Shown piece by piece: positions 12,910 through 26,168 of a stretch of 64,000 bases of DNA. The stretch is taken from assembly GCA_043228905.1 (NCBI GenBank), contig JBHGNT010000135.1, positions 1 to 64,000 of the forward strand. The letters are read 5' to 3'. Numbering within the stretch: the first letter of the stretch is position 1; every line of letters begins with the position of its first letter. The notes beneath the pieces are model-generated. The model saw only the letters and a list, made by a program, of their open reading frames with translations. It was not told the origin of the DNA and did no database searches. The position numbers were made by a program, and so were the translations under genes. This DNA is from Azolla caroliniana (lineage: Eukaryota > Plantae > Polypodiophyta).

Positions 12910-14278
12910 CAGCCGCTCTCTTCTTCTGTCTTTTCTTTCTTCTTCTTCTTCTTCTTCTTCACACTGCATACATACATACATACATATCATACATACAGAC
13001 TTACAGTTGTTGATTGTAACTTGTAAGTATGTATGTACTACATTCAGTATGTATGTAGAGAGCAGAGAGAAAAAGAGAGAATGAGATATTACGAGGAGAA
13101 GGTGTAAGTATGTATGTATGTATGTATGTATGTATGTATGTATAGGCTACAGCACAGAAACAGAGGAGGAGAAGCGTCTGTCTTATATGTGTGTGTCTCC
13201 TCTGTTTTCTCTCGGCTTTGCTTTTGTGTTTTGTTTACATACATATATATATTACATGCATATAAAGAAGAAGAATTTGAAGAAGAAGAAGAAGAAGAAG
13301 AGGGAAGAAAGGCTGGCTGGCCATTGAGCTTCTCTCTGCTCTCTCTCTGCTCTGCTTAATTGCAATCATCATAAATGGATCAATGGATCCAAAAGGTAGC
13401 CCCCAGCCATCTCCACATTCATACATACATGCATGCATGCATGCATAGACATCCCATACACATACACACACACACATTGTACATCTGTCTGCATATGCAG
13501 CACCATCACCATCATCATCATCATATCACCCATCAGTGGTAATAGTAGTGATAGTGGGAGTGGGAGTGGGAGTAGGTATCTATAACTATGCTCATTTCAT
13601 CATAACGCATACATATGGATATAATATATAATATATATATACATATGTGTTATATATTTATTATATGTAATATTACATGTATATATACATATACCATAAT
13701 ACCACCACCACTATGTGCCATCACGCATGATGATTCCATCATCATGCAATCAGGAATGTATGTATGTATGTATGTATGTATGTATGTATGTATGTGGTAA
13801 CTTGTATCAGTATGTATGTATGTATGTATGTATGTATGTATGTATGTATAGTTGCATACATCTCTCTCTCCTCCTGCTGCTCCTGGAAAAAACAAATTCC
13901 AAATGCTGCCCATATCTGTCTGTCTATGCATGCATGCATGCATGCATCAAAGAAACCCTTGGTGCTGATTTTGTTGTGGTGTATGTGTGTATGGTTATGT
14001 GTGTATAGTGATGTATGTTATGTATGGTTATGTGTGTATTATGTATGTATGAACAACTTAAATAGATTTTGTCATGTTATAATTTATGTATTCGTTTGAT
14101 TGTTCCCCCCCCCCCCCCCCCCCCTCTTCCCTTTACTTGATTTCTTAACACTGTGGTGCTGTTGATGCTACCGCCACCTAGAGAGAGAGAGAAAGAAGAG
14201 AGAGAGAAGAGTGTGTGTGTGTGTGTGTGGCGGCGGCTGCCACTGTTGGTGTTGGTGGTGTTGTCTGTGTTTGCAACG

Positions 14279-14361
<83 letters not shown>

Positions 14362-14570
14362 TTCGTTTGTTTATATGCATGATGTATTCATCTACTACTA
14401 TTATCAATGAATGTGTATGGGATGGATGGATGTACATAAATTGTATAATGGATGGATGGATGTTATGTTATGTTATGAGATGGGATTGGGATGCGCTTCT
14501 CCTACATACATATATACATATGATATATACATACGTATAAATATATATATATATATATATATATGACTCT
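12870..14570. repeat. Microsatellite cluster upstream of the RLK: (GA)n, (TTC)n, (TATG)n, (GAA)n, (CA)n, poly-C, (CT)n, (TA)n
   Basis: More than ten separate simple repeats are directly visible within 1.7 kb. Confidence 0.95.
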
Positions 14571-17500
14571 CTCTCCTCTCTCTTGTTTAGTTATTGTTAT
14601 CGTTTTTTGTTTTTTGGGGGGCGGGGCTTATTTAATGCAGTTATATACATACATATGTATAATGTATGTATATTTCTTTTCCTTTTCTATCCTCCCTTTC
14701 GTGATATAAATTCTACATAATAATTTAAAAGACTTCTTCCTTCTAAACCACAAGGTTTTTCATGTCTTTCTTCTTCCTTCCTTCTCTTCTTGTTTTCTAT
14801 TTTTAATTTGATCGGCCGGCCTTTTAATCTCTCCATCATATATCAAATCCCTTGAGGTTTTTGGGGATTTCTCCCCAATTTCGTTGCAACTCTTACCTCC
14901 CCCTAAACCACAAGCATTAGACAAATGTTGTCATCTTCTTCGCCCCGCGTAGCATACATTACATACATGCTCCTAATGTCAAGGTTGGCCCAGTGTCCGC
15001 ACAAGATTTCCATTGTCAAGGTTGGCCCGATGTCCGCACAAAGATAGAAATCTCGCGTGCCTTACCAACAGTCAAAGTTTTGCACTTCTTCCACCACATG
15101 ATAATCATAGTCGCAAAATCACACAATCCAATGTGAAACTTTGTTTCTTAGAGAACCTTCCAACTTGCAAGACTTGTTGAGATATGACAAACACATATTT
15201 AATCTTCTTTATCCTTGGATATAGTGCAAAGTTGACCTTAGATAAATTTATTCTTGCTTGACTATCTTCTACCTTTAGTGCAAGGCAATCAAGGCAATCT
15301 AAGGAAACTCGAGGTTATGGGTACAGATTTTGATGAGGGGATTTCCACATCTTTCTCGTATACATATTTCTATCTTCCTTGCGACTTCTATTCCATAAGG
15401 GTTCCTAGTGTATTGTGACTTTAGATTAATGGGATTTTGATTTTCTTTTGAGATCAAGTATTAACTTAAGCCATGGCTTTGCGAGCAACACTTGTTATAT
15501 TCAATGACCTTACCAACCTCATAACCATTCATGCCCAAAGTTATGCAAATAATTTGAATGCTTAATTCCTTATTAATTAATGCTTGCAGTTTGCAAAAAA
15601 TATAGCTCCGCCACAAATTCATGTGTAAATAAATGGTAACTATTGATGGTGAGACATGAGTCCCTACTAAATCTTCTTTAATATGCATGTGCATGCACAC
15701 ACAACGCCAAAGGCTCTTAATATTGTTGTCCTTTTGTTCCATTTTGTCTTTTACAGCCAATATGGAGCAACCCGATCTTATTAATGAAACTGTATTGTCC
15801 ACCATGGCTACCCAAACACATCATAGATTTGTTGAGGTAGTGAAAGTGCAAGAAGTAGATCGAGCAAACAATACGTGTGAATTTAAAGTTCTAAAAGAAA
15901 ATCAACGAGGTGTTGTTGATATTTGGGCTCATAACATGTATGTAGAAGAGATTATATAAGCTCCCTCTTCTTTTTAGTTTCCCAATATTCACCAAGGGAG
16001 TTATAACTCCACTAAAAGGATTCCAATGCTCAACCAAATTAGTTTAATACTAATCCATACACATGCATATCAGTGTGTATTGGTATGTATTCATGCAATG
16101 GGCGCTCGCACATTTTTCAATGAGCTCATTTAATCTTTCTTTCCAGTTCACTTCAATATATTTAGCCTTTCAATGTAATCTGCCCCTTTCAAAGGGAGGG
16201 ATTTCTCCAACTCGAGATTAACATTGACTCCGTTACAACATATGGGTACCTTTTCTCGTAGCTAGAACAAAATTTTCAATCATACAAATATGATTGGTCT
16301 TTCTCATTTTTATAGAATATACATGACCTCATTTGCTCGTGTATTCATGGCGTTGTGCACTTTATCAAAAGGCATTAGGTGCCAATGGCCATAATACAAT
16401 GCTAAAAACAAACATTGTCCTTATATGCACATTGAGCAATAATCTTGATTTTGGAATCATGTCTAAAGTATTGTTATTATTCTCATTGCTATTTGGCGTT
16501 GAGATATTTATAAGACCCAATAAATGGCTCCTCATACAAGGATTCAATAAATTCATTGTCCACCACCTAAGGGATTGAAAGTGATACAACAGGTATCCAA
16601 CTATACGTGCTCTTCCTTTCTTGAGCTAATTTCTAAGGTCAACGTTGGGTCATAATTTATCTCTAACCTCAGCCCAATAATATGAGCTTGACTCACAAAA
16701 AGGAAATAAGTTATTCATATTTGATAAGACAACAACAATTAATGTTGAGTCTAGATGGAAACCATAAAAAGAATAATCACAAAAAGCATCAAACCTAGAG
16801 TGTGGATAATCAACATAGAAAGGTGTCATCGACCATATAAGAAAAGTTATATTACATTTTCATTTCCCCCTCCCATCAGGGGAAAAACCATGAGCCCTAT
16901 GCAAACATGGAATGGGAAGCATATATCATACTTTACATCATCACAATATTAAGAGCTCTTGATAGGTAGTAGTGCTAAGATTTCACAAGTGGAATACATT
17001 ATATGAGCAACATATATATATGGATCATAACATCATTTGGAATGAGGTATTCATTTGTCAACGTGACCACTAACATTGAAGCAAGTATTGGTAACATCAC
17101 TAATAGATTATAGTCAAATAATCCCATCATGAAAAAATGATAGGTTTGTATTATCAAATTTCTTATATAATACATGTGAAGAATAAGGTCTTTGATGTTC
17201 TTAAGCCTAGCCATCAAGCTGAAAAGTTAAAAGGCATGCCTATTAGAGTTGTCAGATGTGGAGGAATTATTACAACCATCGCGTGTTAAAGATGAAGACA
17301 TAGTGAAGAGAAAGCAATAAATGATGGAAGACAAGTACATGGTAGAGGTAGAGAAAGAATGCACGAAATTGGTTGATTCAAGTTTTGAATATTTTTACTC
17401 CTTACTTTCACTCAAAAAATACTACATTGCTTGGTAGCACCATTTTTCAGTTTTATCTAAAAAAAACGAGACATAGCCAACTAAAGCACAACGTGGAAGC

Positions 17501-18099
17501 ACTCACTTTATCGTTTACATCACAAGGACTAATACTCATACATGTGTAGATATTGTGTAGATACGAATTACACACTTCTTTGCCTATTCGCGAATACAAG
17601 TTGGACATTCTACAAACAAATAGATCAATAAACTATGGAGGATAAATCATTTGCTCACATGGGGGATTTTTAACTGTAATTGCTCACCAAACAATAATTC
17701 CTAATATTGGTGATTGGTTATTAGTCCATGAGCTTTTCTAGCATTGAGGCCTTCTACACAAACCTATTGCATCAAATGTATAGATTTACACTCCAATTGT
17801 TGTCTTATCCCCTCATTATTTCACCTTAATATTTGGCATTGCTTTAATTTCACTTTTCGTGACCAAGGATTGGCTCGCCTTTCCTTTGGCAATGCTAACA
17901 AATAACCTTAATATACATTCTTTATAATTCTGTCATGATAATTGTGGCCAAGGATATCTTGGCTCTTACAACGATGAAGAACCCAACGAAATGTGACTCT
18001 CTACTCATATAATAATCCAATGAAGGTGGTGCATGGAATTGTACAACCTTCAACACGAGGAGGTTCATTCTGCATAGAGGAACGGTACATGCACATTCG

Positions 18100-18620
18100 G
18101 TTATTAGTGGCCAACCTTACAGTTTGGTTAGTGTGGGTATCTAGGTGCAAGGAGTCTTTCACAAGTAAGCGAACCCCACCAGTTGAGAGTTTTAAAGATG
18201 ATTTGGTTTAATCTTATCTCTACTTTACAAGGATAGTTTGAAATCCTTTAGCGGCCCTTAGATGAGAGTGAAGAAGCTAGAGGACGTTTCCTTCTAAAAT
18301 GGAGAGGTTCTCTGATGATGTAGATGGTGGATGGCAATGCAAAGTAGATTTATGGTTGTTCCTTCTCAGGTTACCAAACATATAGGTGGGTGTTTCCACA
18401 TAAAGAGATTGGAGGATGTCTATGCTGAATTAGGGTTCTATGAGGCTCACGTTGAGGGTATGCGGTCGAGTAATTAAGTGCTCATCGGATGATGCCGTGA
18501 TTATGAGTTTTTTGTAGATTCCTTGATACATGTTGGTTTCTTTGTAGCCATGCAAGTTGCCTTGTAAGATATGAGTTGTATATTATCCTATCTACATTGA
18601 CTTAATTAACAGAAGTATGA
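18100..18620 (+). mobile_element. Degraded L1-like LINE 3' fragment (family B)
   Basis: 18350-18610 aligns by eye with 56560-56825 (GGAGGA..TCTATGCTGAATT..ATGAGGCTCACGT..TTGTAAGATATGAGTTGTA). The frameshifted peptide TPPVESF..IWFNLISTLQG resembles RPPEEVIMDIWFALISCLRG of the 60-kb LINE. Confidence 0.6.
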
Positions 18621-18669
18621 CGCTATCAAGGGTAATTTAGATGTAGTCCTTCGAAATAAAGAGGTTTTT

Positions 18670-19683
18670 AAGAAGACATGGGAAAGGATGAATGTATTTT
18701 ACATGATTAATTGTTGTATACGTTGGAGGTATCAATCACCTCGTTGGGTATTTCCTCCACCGATATGAGACATGGGGATATGTTAATCGTTATTGGTACT
18801 ATCTTAGGAGTTATGTATGTCAATGACAGTCTATGAGTAGTTGAAAAGAAAAAAATAATTGAGATTTTGTGCAATCTCATTCAAGACTTATTTTCTGGTT
18901 TGGTGATATCAGAAGAAATTATGGCATCATGGCTTATTTGGAATTTTTCCATTCGAGCAATAGGACAAGGACAAGAAGTGAAATTTGAAAACAGGGTTTG
19001 GAACAGTATTTTATAATCACTAAAATGCTAAATGATATGTATGCAGAATCCCATTTCATCTTATGAGATGGATGGAGTCATTGAAATAGGTGGAGGGGGA
19101 TGCTCTTATGTATGCATTCGGAAGAAGTCTGTTTCTTCTTATGCGATGGATGGTGTCATGAAGCACTGTTGATTGCATGCAACATGTGGAAGGTTACCAT
19201 ATGCATATAAACTAGTCGAAGGGTTGAGATCCCTTAAGGTGGGTGTTGATCACATGGCTTTACATGACGGTATGTTCATACATGCTGGAATCATGGATCG
19301 AGGCATACAAAATGACCTCTATACCATAATGCTTTGATTGAGTTTTACATTGAATATGGAAAATAGAGGATGCTTGGTCATTGTAAATGTGGGGGTATAT
19401 TGGATGCATGTGATGGATGACCCAAATGTGGTATCTAGATATGTTGAATATGAACATGATGAGGAAGATTGATTTGGTTTGAACATATCCAAATTCATGG
19501 TATGTTTCAACTATTGAGGAAGTGTTCAATCAAGTCTATCAAAAGAAGGATTCATGGCTAGCTATTGTCTTACAGAAGACGGGTTGGGGAAGGAAAATCA
19601 TCTCCTTTCCATCATTTTGTATTTTGTAGCTCATATGGTTTTTTAAACTAATGGAAGGATATGTTTTCTATAATAATAAAAAA
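18670..19683 (+). mobile_element. Degraded non-LTR element 3' fragment (family C)
   Basis: Ends TTGTATTTTGTAG..TTTTAAACTAATGGAAGGATAT.. plus an A-rich tail. The same terminus is seen at ~8400-8447 and ~43050-43160. The 5' boundary is uncertain. Confidence 0.45.
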
Positions 19684-20037
19684 CTAACGGAAGTATTAAT
19701 TTATTTTGAAAATTTTTAAAAAAATAAAAAATAAATCCAATGGTAATTGCATAAAAAATTATTCTCTTTGCCGACTTTGAGTCTAAATAGTAAACCTACT
19801 CTATGAAATGTAATCTTGTATCTACCGCATACTAAAATAATCGAGTTGTTGGTAATGGAAAATACTATCACGGAATATTAGAGTATTCATTTCGTATTTC
19901 CTTTTGTGGTTTGTTTACAATTCATAGAACTCAACATTTGGATAAGAGTTTCCATCACTATAAGCACTAAAGAAAATGTGAAGGGTGTTTGTAAGGTTAA
20001 TCATGTTGAGTTCGAAGTATTTAAAATCAGATATTTA

Positions 20038-20420
20038 AATACTCCAACGACGTGACCACTGCCCGTTTGCGCTTTTGGCAGAAATGGCGAAACACACCTA
20101 TGGTGATGCAAGGCGGGAGTGGCCCGAGGTGGAACTACCAGCCCCCACGTTGGTTGTTTCCTATTCACCTGCCACCCTCTTTTCGGTGTAGGCCCCAAGA
20201 GCCGACTCGTACGAGGCCACATTGAAGGGCATTGCCTTGGATATAGGTAGCTTCTTACATTAAGTTAGGCCGCAAGGCAATGTAAGTGGCTCATCTTCTT
20301 TGGCTTGATCGGAGGAAGTCTCCCCGATGTGTGTATAAATCTCCTTATAGACTCTATGTAATAATCCTTCCTAACTAATGGGAAAGTAGCTTTACTTTGA
20401 AAAAATAAAAAATAAAAAAT
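20038..20420 (+). mobile_element. 5'-truncated L1-like LINE (family A) with 14-bp TSD
   Basis: Homologous to 22477-22891 and 60137-60500 (AGTGGCCCGAGGTGGAACTA..CTAACTAATGGGAAAGTAGCTT). (AAAAAAT)n tail. TSD AAATCAGATATTTA at 20024-20037 and 20421-20434. Confidence 0.9.
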
Positions 20421-22476
20421 AAATCAGATATTTAGAGATACACAATGGTTTGTAAAAAGATGAATGCACATAGTGTCCACACTTCAATTGTAGGGACATC
20501 ACCTCTTTCAAAGTGACATCATTGATGAAACATAAATGTTGGGGTGTTGCACAACTCCAACAAAAACATGATAGTTGAAAAACTAGATAATTGAGAAAAC
20601 CTTTGGTATGGACCTATGGATATTGTAAGAGATGTGTAGCATAATGTGAATATTCAAGTTCCCTACTCAAAGGCAAAAGAAGTTGCAATCCATCAAGGAC
20701 GATGCATAAAAAAGGCTTCTAAGTTATGCATAATGTGGAACTTGCTCCACATTCTAGATAAAAATGTTGATATTCGAAACTTGATTTCTTGCAACAACTT
20801 TATTGATGTCATGTTTCACTCTAATTCCATCACCAATAACATTATGAAATGCCAATAGTACTAATCACAATATTATTAGTCGTAATCAATACTAAATACG
20901 ATACTAATGATTCTTAATATCATTAATCACAAATGTTAATTGCTACAATAAGTACTTATTATGATGTTAGGCACTAAAATTTATTGTAAACACAATGCAG
21001 AGTAGTTAGTTCTAATTAAATATAAATTCCCGATTAGTATGTGCCCCTCATAGTGAATGTACAATTTTATGAAGAAATGATTATATTACATAATAAAAAA
21101 GAGTTTTTGAATGAAAAATTTACCCCGATTTCGCCTTTCAGGGATAAATGTCTATTCCATGAAGATTCTCAGTTTCATTGGCCTTTACTTTGAAGTTCAA
21201 GATGTTTTCCTACTTTATAATGATGGTTCTTTTAGATTTATTAACAAATTTTCAATGTCTTTCTCTACTTTTAGTACTAACGATGATGAGTTACCAACTT
21301 CTAAGTCATAATATTATTGGCATGCTTAAAGAAAGCACAACTTCAAAGTGATGGCAAATAGCTTTGAATTTGTTTCATTAAAAAATTCCCATAAGGTTTC
21401 TGAAGTGCCTAACACTTTTATCATCCACAATCGTTATAATGTCAATGTTGTAGAACCAGAATTTAAGAGCCAATTGTTGTCATATTATGATAGACTTACT
21501 AAAATAAATGTCATACCAAACCCATTTTGAATACTACATTTTCATTAAGGTAATCGTGACTCTATGATAAAAAATTTATAGGGACGAATAAAGTGCGTGT
21601 CTTAAATGATATGGAAGAGCAATGTTGGCTTAATGTACTTTCGCATGTAAAGTTGTTTTCCTTGAATCTAAGCATTTTATTTTGCTAATACAACTTAAAT
21701 TCCAATTTTGAAATGATAAACGATCACACCTTTTGTGTAAACAGGAGATTTCTATTTTACGATGTGCACCACTTATAATTCTTCCCTTCACATCATGAGT
21801 TTTCCTCTTCTTACCTTGAAATCAATGAGACTACAATAGTGTCCATATACATTAACTATTGTGTGTGGAGAACACATTGAAGAAGCTTTTATTGCTTGGT
21901 ATCAGTAGAAGACCTTACATAATGAATGTGTACAAAGAGCATGTCGGGTAAAGGTTTTCGGTCTTCATTAAGTAACTATAGCTACATCAGTAATTTTCAA
22001 AAAGCGATGAGGAACTTATAAGAAAACATTGTAAACTCACTCGAGACGTATATTCATTGTTTATGATCACAAGCTTTCTAGGTTTTCTTGTATACTATGA
22101 GGATTTGAGCTTAGTCCATTTTACTTTTTATCGTAATCCCAACATTTATCGCAAACCAAGAGTAATATTTGTATTCTATATTTCATGTTGAATAGTAAAT
22201 CAACGGTCTCATTATCCTCACTAGTGACCACTTAGTAAAGTGCAATGTCGTGCTTTATCATGATGTGAATACACAATAATTAACAAGATACAAAATTACA
22301 ATCCTATTCTTTGATGTATAGTGCATACAAACACGAGTATGTTGATATTTTAAGTTCCAAAGGCTCTCTAGACCCTTCAATTTGAGGCTCCAAAATTACT
22401 CATGGTAACATAAAATAGAGCAAGTCAAAGACATAAGATATACAATAGTTAGCCTTCACAAAACAATGTAAATATG

Positions 22477-22891
22477 AGCTGCCTACGAGGGCAATTGGAC
22501 GAGGTTTGCAGCCACTCCTCTGACGTGGATACTACCCGTTTGCGTTTTTGGCAGAAATGGTGGAACACGCCTATGGTGACACTAGGAGGAAGTGGCCCGA
22601 GGTGGAACTACCAGCCCCCACGTTGGCTGTTTCCGGCTCACTTACCACCCTCCCTCTATTGTCAGCCCCAAGAGTTGTCTCGTACTAATCATTAGTACAG
22701 GGCATTGTTTTAGCTGTTGGTACTTACACTAAGTAGTCCATCCGAAAGGCGTTGTAACTAGTCTCAATTTCTAGGACTTGAGCGGAGGGGGATTCCCCGT
22801 TCTATGCTTAAGCCTCTTTGTATAGTCTCTTTGTAATAATCTTACCTAACTAATGGGAAAGTAGCTTCATTTTGGAAAAAATAAAAAATAA
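22477..22891 (+). mobile_element. 5'-truncated L1-like LINE (family A) with 12-bp TSD
   Basis: Encodes SCLRGQLDEVCSHSSDVD, identical to a stretch of the 60443-60652 ORF. A-rich tail. TSD AATGTAAATATG at 22465-22476 and 22892-22903. Confidence 0.9.
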
Positions 22892-24829
22892 AATGTAAAT
22901 ATGTGAAATTCTAACTATTAAGCAAGACCATGGGCTCATTGAGAACATATCAAAATGACTATATCCAACAAACAATTTTGTGCACAACAAGATGCAGTAT
23001 TATATTATTAATTTTGCAATGTTCATCGAGCTAGGTATGTTTGCCACCAAACTGATGTCATGACAAGGGTCCTAAATGGAGCAATTGATAGATTATTAAA
23101 AGCAAATGAACTATAAGGAACTTGTTTACTTGCAATACCTAATATGACTCGACATAGAATGCAATGTGAACATCTACATACACATTAATAATTATATAGG
23201 CTTTTAAAAGGTTAATCTTCATTCAAGGGTAATAAGAAGATTTCTTCTCCCTCTAAATGTAGAGAATAGGGACCATTTAAAACCATTGGAGAAACTACTC
23301 CAAATAGAGAATTGGGGCATTAAAAGACCATAGGGACTTAAAGTCCAAGACAAACTACTTCATGCAAATTATATGTGAATAAGGGTAAGATTTGAGCGTA
23401 TCCAATTGACGAATATATGGAAAGTGTGTACCATCTCAAAACCACTGGATCCTAGCTAAAACACGTCTTGAACTCGACATTGCAATATTGTTGAAAACCT
23501 TGACTTTCCATGACTTCGAACCAAAGCAAAGCAAAATATATGTACCTTGTAAAAGAGAATAACTTATGAAGCAAAATACTAAAAATTGTCTTTATTTTTT
23601 GCTTCTACCCATATTATAGCTCTTGTCAATTAGAAAAACAAAATTGATCAAAAACATGAAGAAGTTGTACCGTATGACATGAGAAAAAACAAAGGACGCA
23701 TTATTGCCTTTTCCACCTCCAAAGTTGCTTCCTATTCTTTCATACATTCTCTTTCAATGAATATAGGCATCTAGTAGTTGTTCCCTCAACTAGTAGTACT
23801 TGTGCACACATGTCACATTTGCAACACATTCCCTGCATTAGTTTGTTCAACTCCATCGTCTAATGAGAAAAAAGTCCACACATTATCATTACCTTGGAAA
23901 ATCTGAATATGAGAGAGCACCTTAAAAATATGTATAAATATACAATAAATATATATCAATATTTAAGGTCAATGTCTTCTTTTCATCTTGATACCTGCTG
24001 AACTTATGATGTGGGGGTCTGTCACATGCATAAACAAGATGGTGCTAAATATGGAGTAACAGATTTAACGAAATGCTATACTTCTGCAGACAATTTTGGT
24101 GGAGCTATAATTATGTCACAGGAAAGTAAATCAGCTAAAGATTTCTCTCTGATCTTAACTCTTTCAAACAAAGTTTAAAAGACACTAGCATATATAATGC
24201 TAGACACACCATCTAAATGCTTTAGCTTTTTACGTTAAACATACCAAAGTTCTTTTGAGATTAACATACTCAAGAGACAAAGACCTCTAGTCAGGGCACA
24301 TTACAAGCCTCATCACATAATTAGACAGTTCTTTCTAGAGTATTAAGAGGACTAGCACATTATTTTTCCTTTTATTGAAGTCAACAATAGCAAGACAAAC
24401 AACATATAAAATAAGCAATATTTCAGATATTGAGCACCACAAGCATTCCTCAATGGATTGAGTGGAAGGGCTCAGAAGACCTAGCGTCAATGGGATCCAA
24501 ACATGGCAAAAGTTTCTTTCAATACTTCAGGCTTGGGCACAAACATGGTGAGTGAAATCCAAGTACAAAGGGTGGGGAAGGGCATACCCAAAAATAATCA
24601 TCAAATATATAAGATTCTTGTAAAAAATAAAGATACTTTCAATAACATTTAAAATAAGGCTATGATATAAAGTCACGTAATAACCTCACGAGTCACAATG
24701 CATGTCGTCTACTAAACAGGCATCCTCCCTTCAGGGGTAACCAAACTAATCTTCAATATGAACAATGTTTGTGACATTATATATGGATTATAGATGCCAG
24801 ATGCATACTTGCAACACACAAGTAAATGC

Positions 24830-25362
24830 TTGACTACATTCAAACGTTGATTTAATACCCCATTTTTACATCAAACAGTAGCATGTTTTTTTCTCCTAGT
24901 AATCAAGCACTATTTATTACCATTCAACCACATGAATTATCCTCGATCTGTGCTTTTTTACCATTAGATTATATTAATTGACAAAAGATCAATGAGTGTT
25001 AAACAGAAGAAATCAGAAAAACTCAATGAACTCTTCACTCTTGACCCTGAAACATGCAGCCCAAAGAGAAATACGAGATTTTGTCTTCCATGTACCACTT
25101 GACTACATTTAAAAGTTGATTTAAATGCCTATTTACATCAAACAGTGGCATGATTTTCTCTCCTAGTAATCAAGCACAATTTTTTACCATTAAACAGCAT
25201 CAGTTATCCTCGATCTGTGCTTCTTTAACATTAGATTACATAGATCAACAAAAGGCCACGAGTGTTAAAACAGAAGAAATCAGAAAAACTCACTGGACTC
25301 TTTACTCTTGACCCTGAAACATGCAGCCCAAAGAGATACGAGATTTTGCCTTCCGCGTACCA
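24830..25362. repeat. ~265-bp tandem duplication downstream of the RZ-1 gene
   Basis: TTGACTACATT..TACATCAAACAGT..CCCTGAAACATGCAGCCCAAAGAGA..GTACCA occurs twice. Confidence 0.85.
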
Positions 25363-26017
25363 TATGATAAGTGCAAACTCTGAGTTTAACCATATCTGAA
25401 AGGCCAATGTGAACTAGGTCGAAGAATCTGCTACCTGAATCTCAGTCGTTGACCATAGCAAAACTCAAGGAACTCTTCCAAATTTGACATCTCAAATCTA
25501 TACCCTTCATTAAATTTAGCTCGTGTCCATGATAAAAACCAATAGTCAAGATTTCTCTGATTTGTTTTTTGTGTCAAATTCTACATCCCACCTTTGGTTT
25601 TCTCCACTGTAAAATCTACGTGTTCTTGGCTTGGACATTGAGCTCCAGTTTGCATTGCAAAAATATTGACATTGATAAAGACAAACTGAACATATATCCC
25701 AACCATTCTATGTCTTCCGCTACCAACAAAGAGACGGGACCAATCTAAATATACAGTATGCATGTCGACTCAAACTTTGCATCCCCGTCAATCCTTGTAG
25801 TGCATGTGTAGGCTGCCTTTTCAATGAAGATCGAAATGGAACTATCCAATGAATGAGGTATGAATACAGCCTGTCAAATAAAAACTGTAAATATGGGCAA
25901 CCAACCACATGTAGAACATTGCACATACTGGCCACTTGACTGATTAAACATCCAAACTATAACTGTTGTCACATTGCCAATAGAGAACCAGATGGAACAA
26001 TCAAACTTACAAAAGGT

Positions 26018-26110
26018 CTGAAAATATGCTGTAGACACTGTAAACAACTGAAAACATGCTGTAGACACTGTAAACAACTGAAAACATGCTGTATACACTG
26101 TAAACAACTG
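26018..26110. repeat. 30-bp minisatellite x3
   Basis: CTGAAAA(C/T)ATGCTGTA(G/T)ACACTGTAAACAA repeated three times. Confidence 0.95.
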
Positions 26111-26168
26111 GGGAAAACCTGTCTTTCAATCATTAACATTTCATAGCTCGTTCTTAAACAATGACATT

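Noticed and set aside
9940-12990. Overlapping antisense and alternative-frame ORFs (up to 250 aa) over the RLK, and similar ones over RZ-1 and RPB3
   Set aside because: Shadows of GC-rich real coding exons.
12809-14540. ORFs such as MYVCMYVC.., SLSLSL.. and ERERER..
   Set aside because: Translations of microsatellites, with no domain or splice context.
20900-22350. AT-rich regions resembling decayed transposase or retroelement coding sequence (also 6200-7400, 15700-16700 and 28260-29800)
   Set aside because: No motif I can name with confidence; a profile search is needed.
26018-26110. 30-bp and 23-bp (43741) repeats as CRISPR-like arrays
   Set aside because: Head-to-tail units with no unique spacers and no cas genes, in a eukaryotic context.
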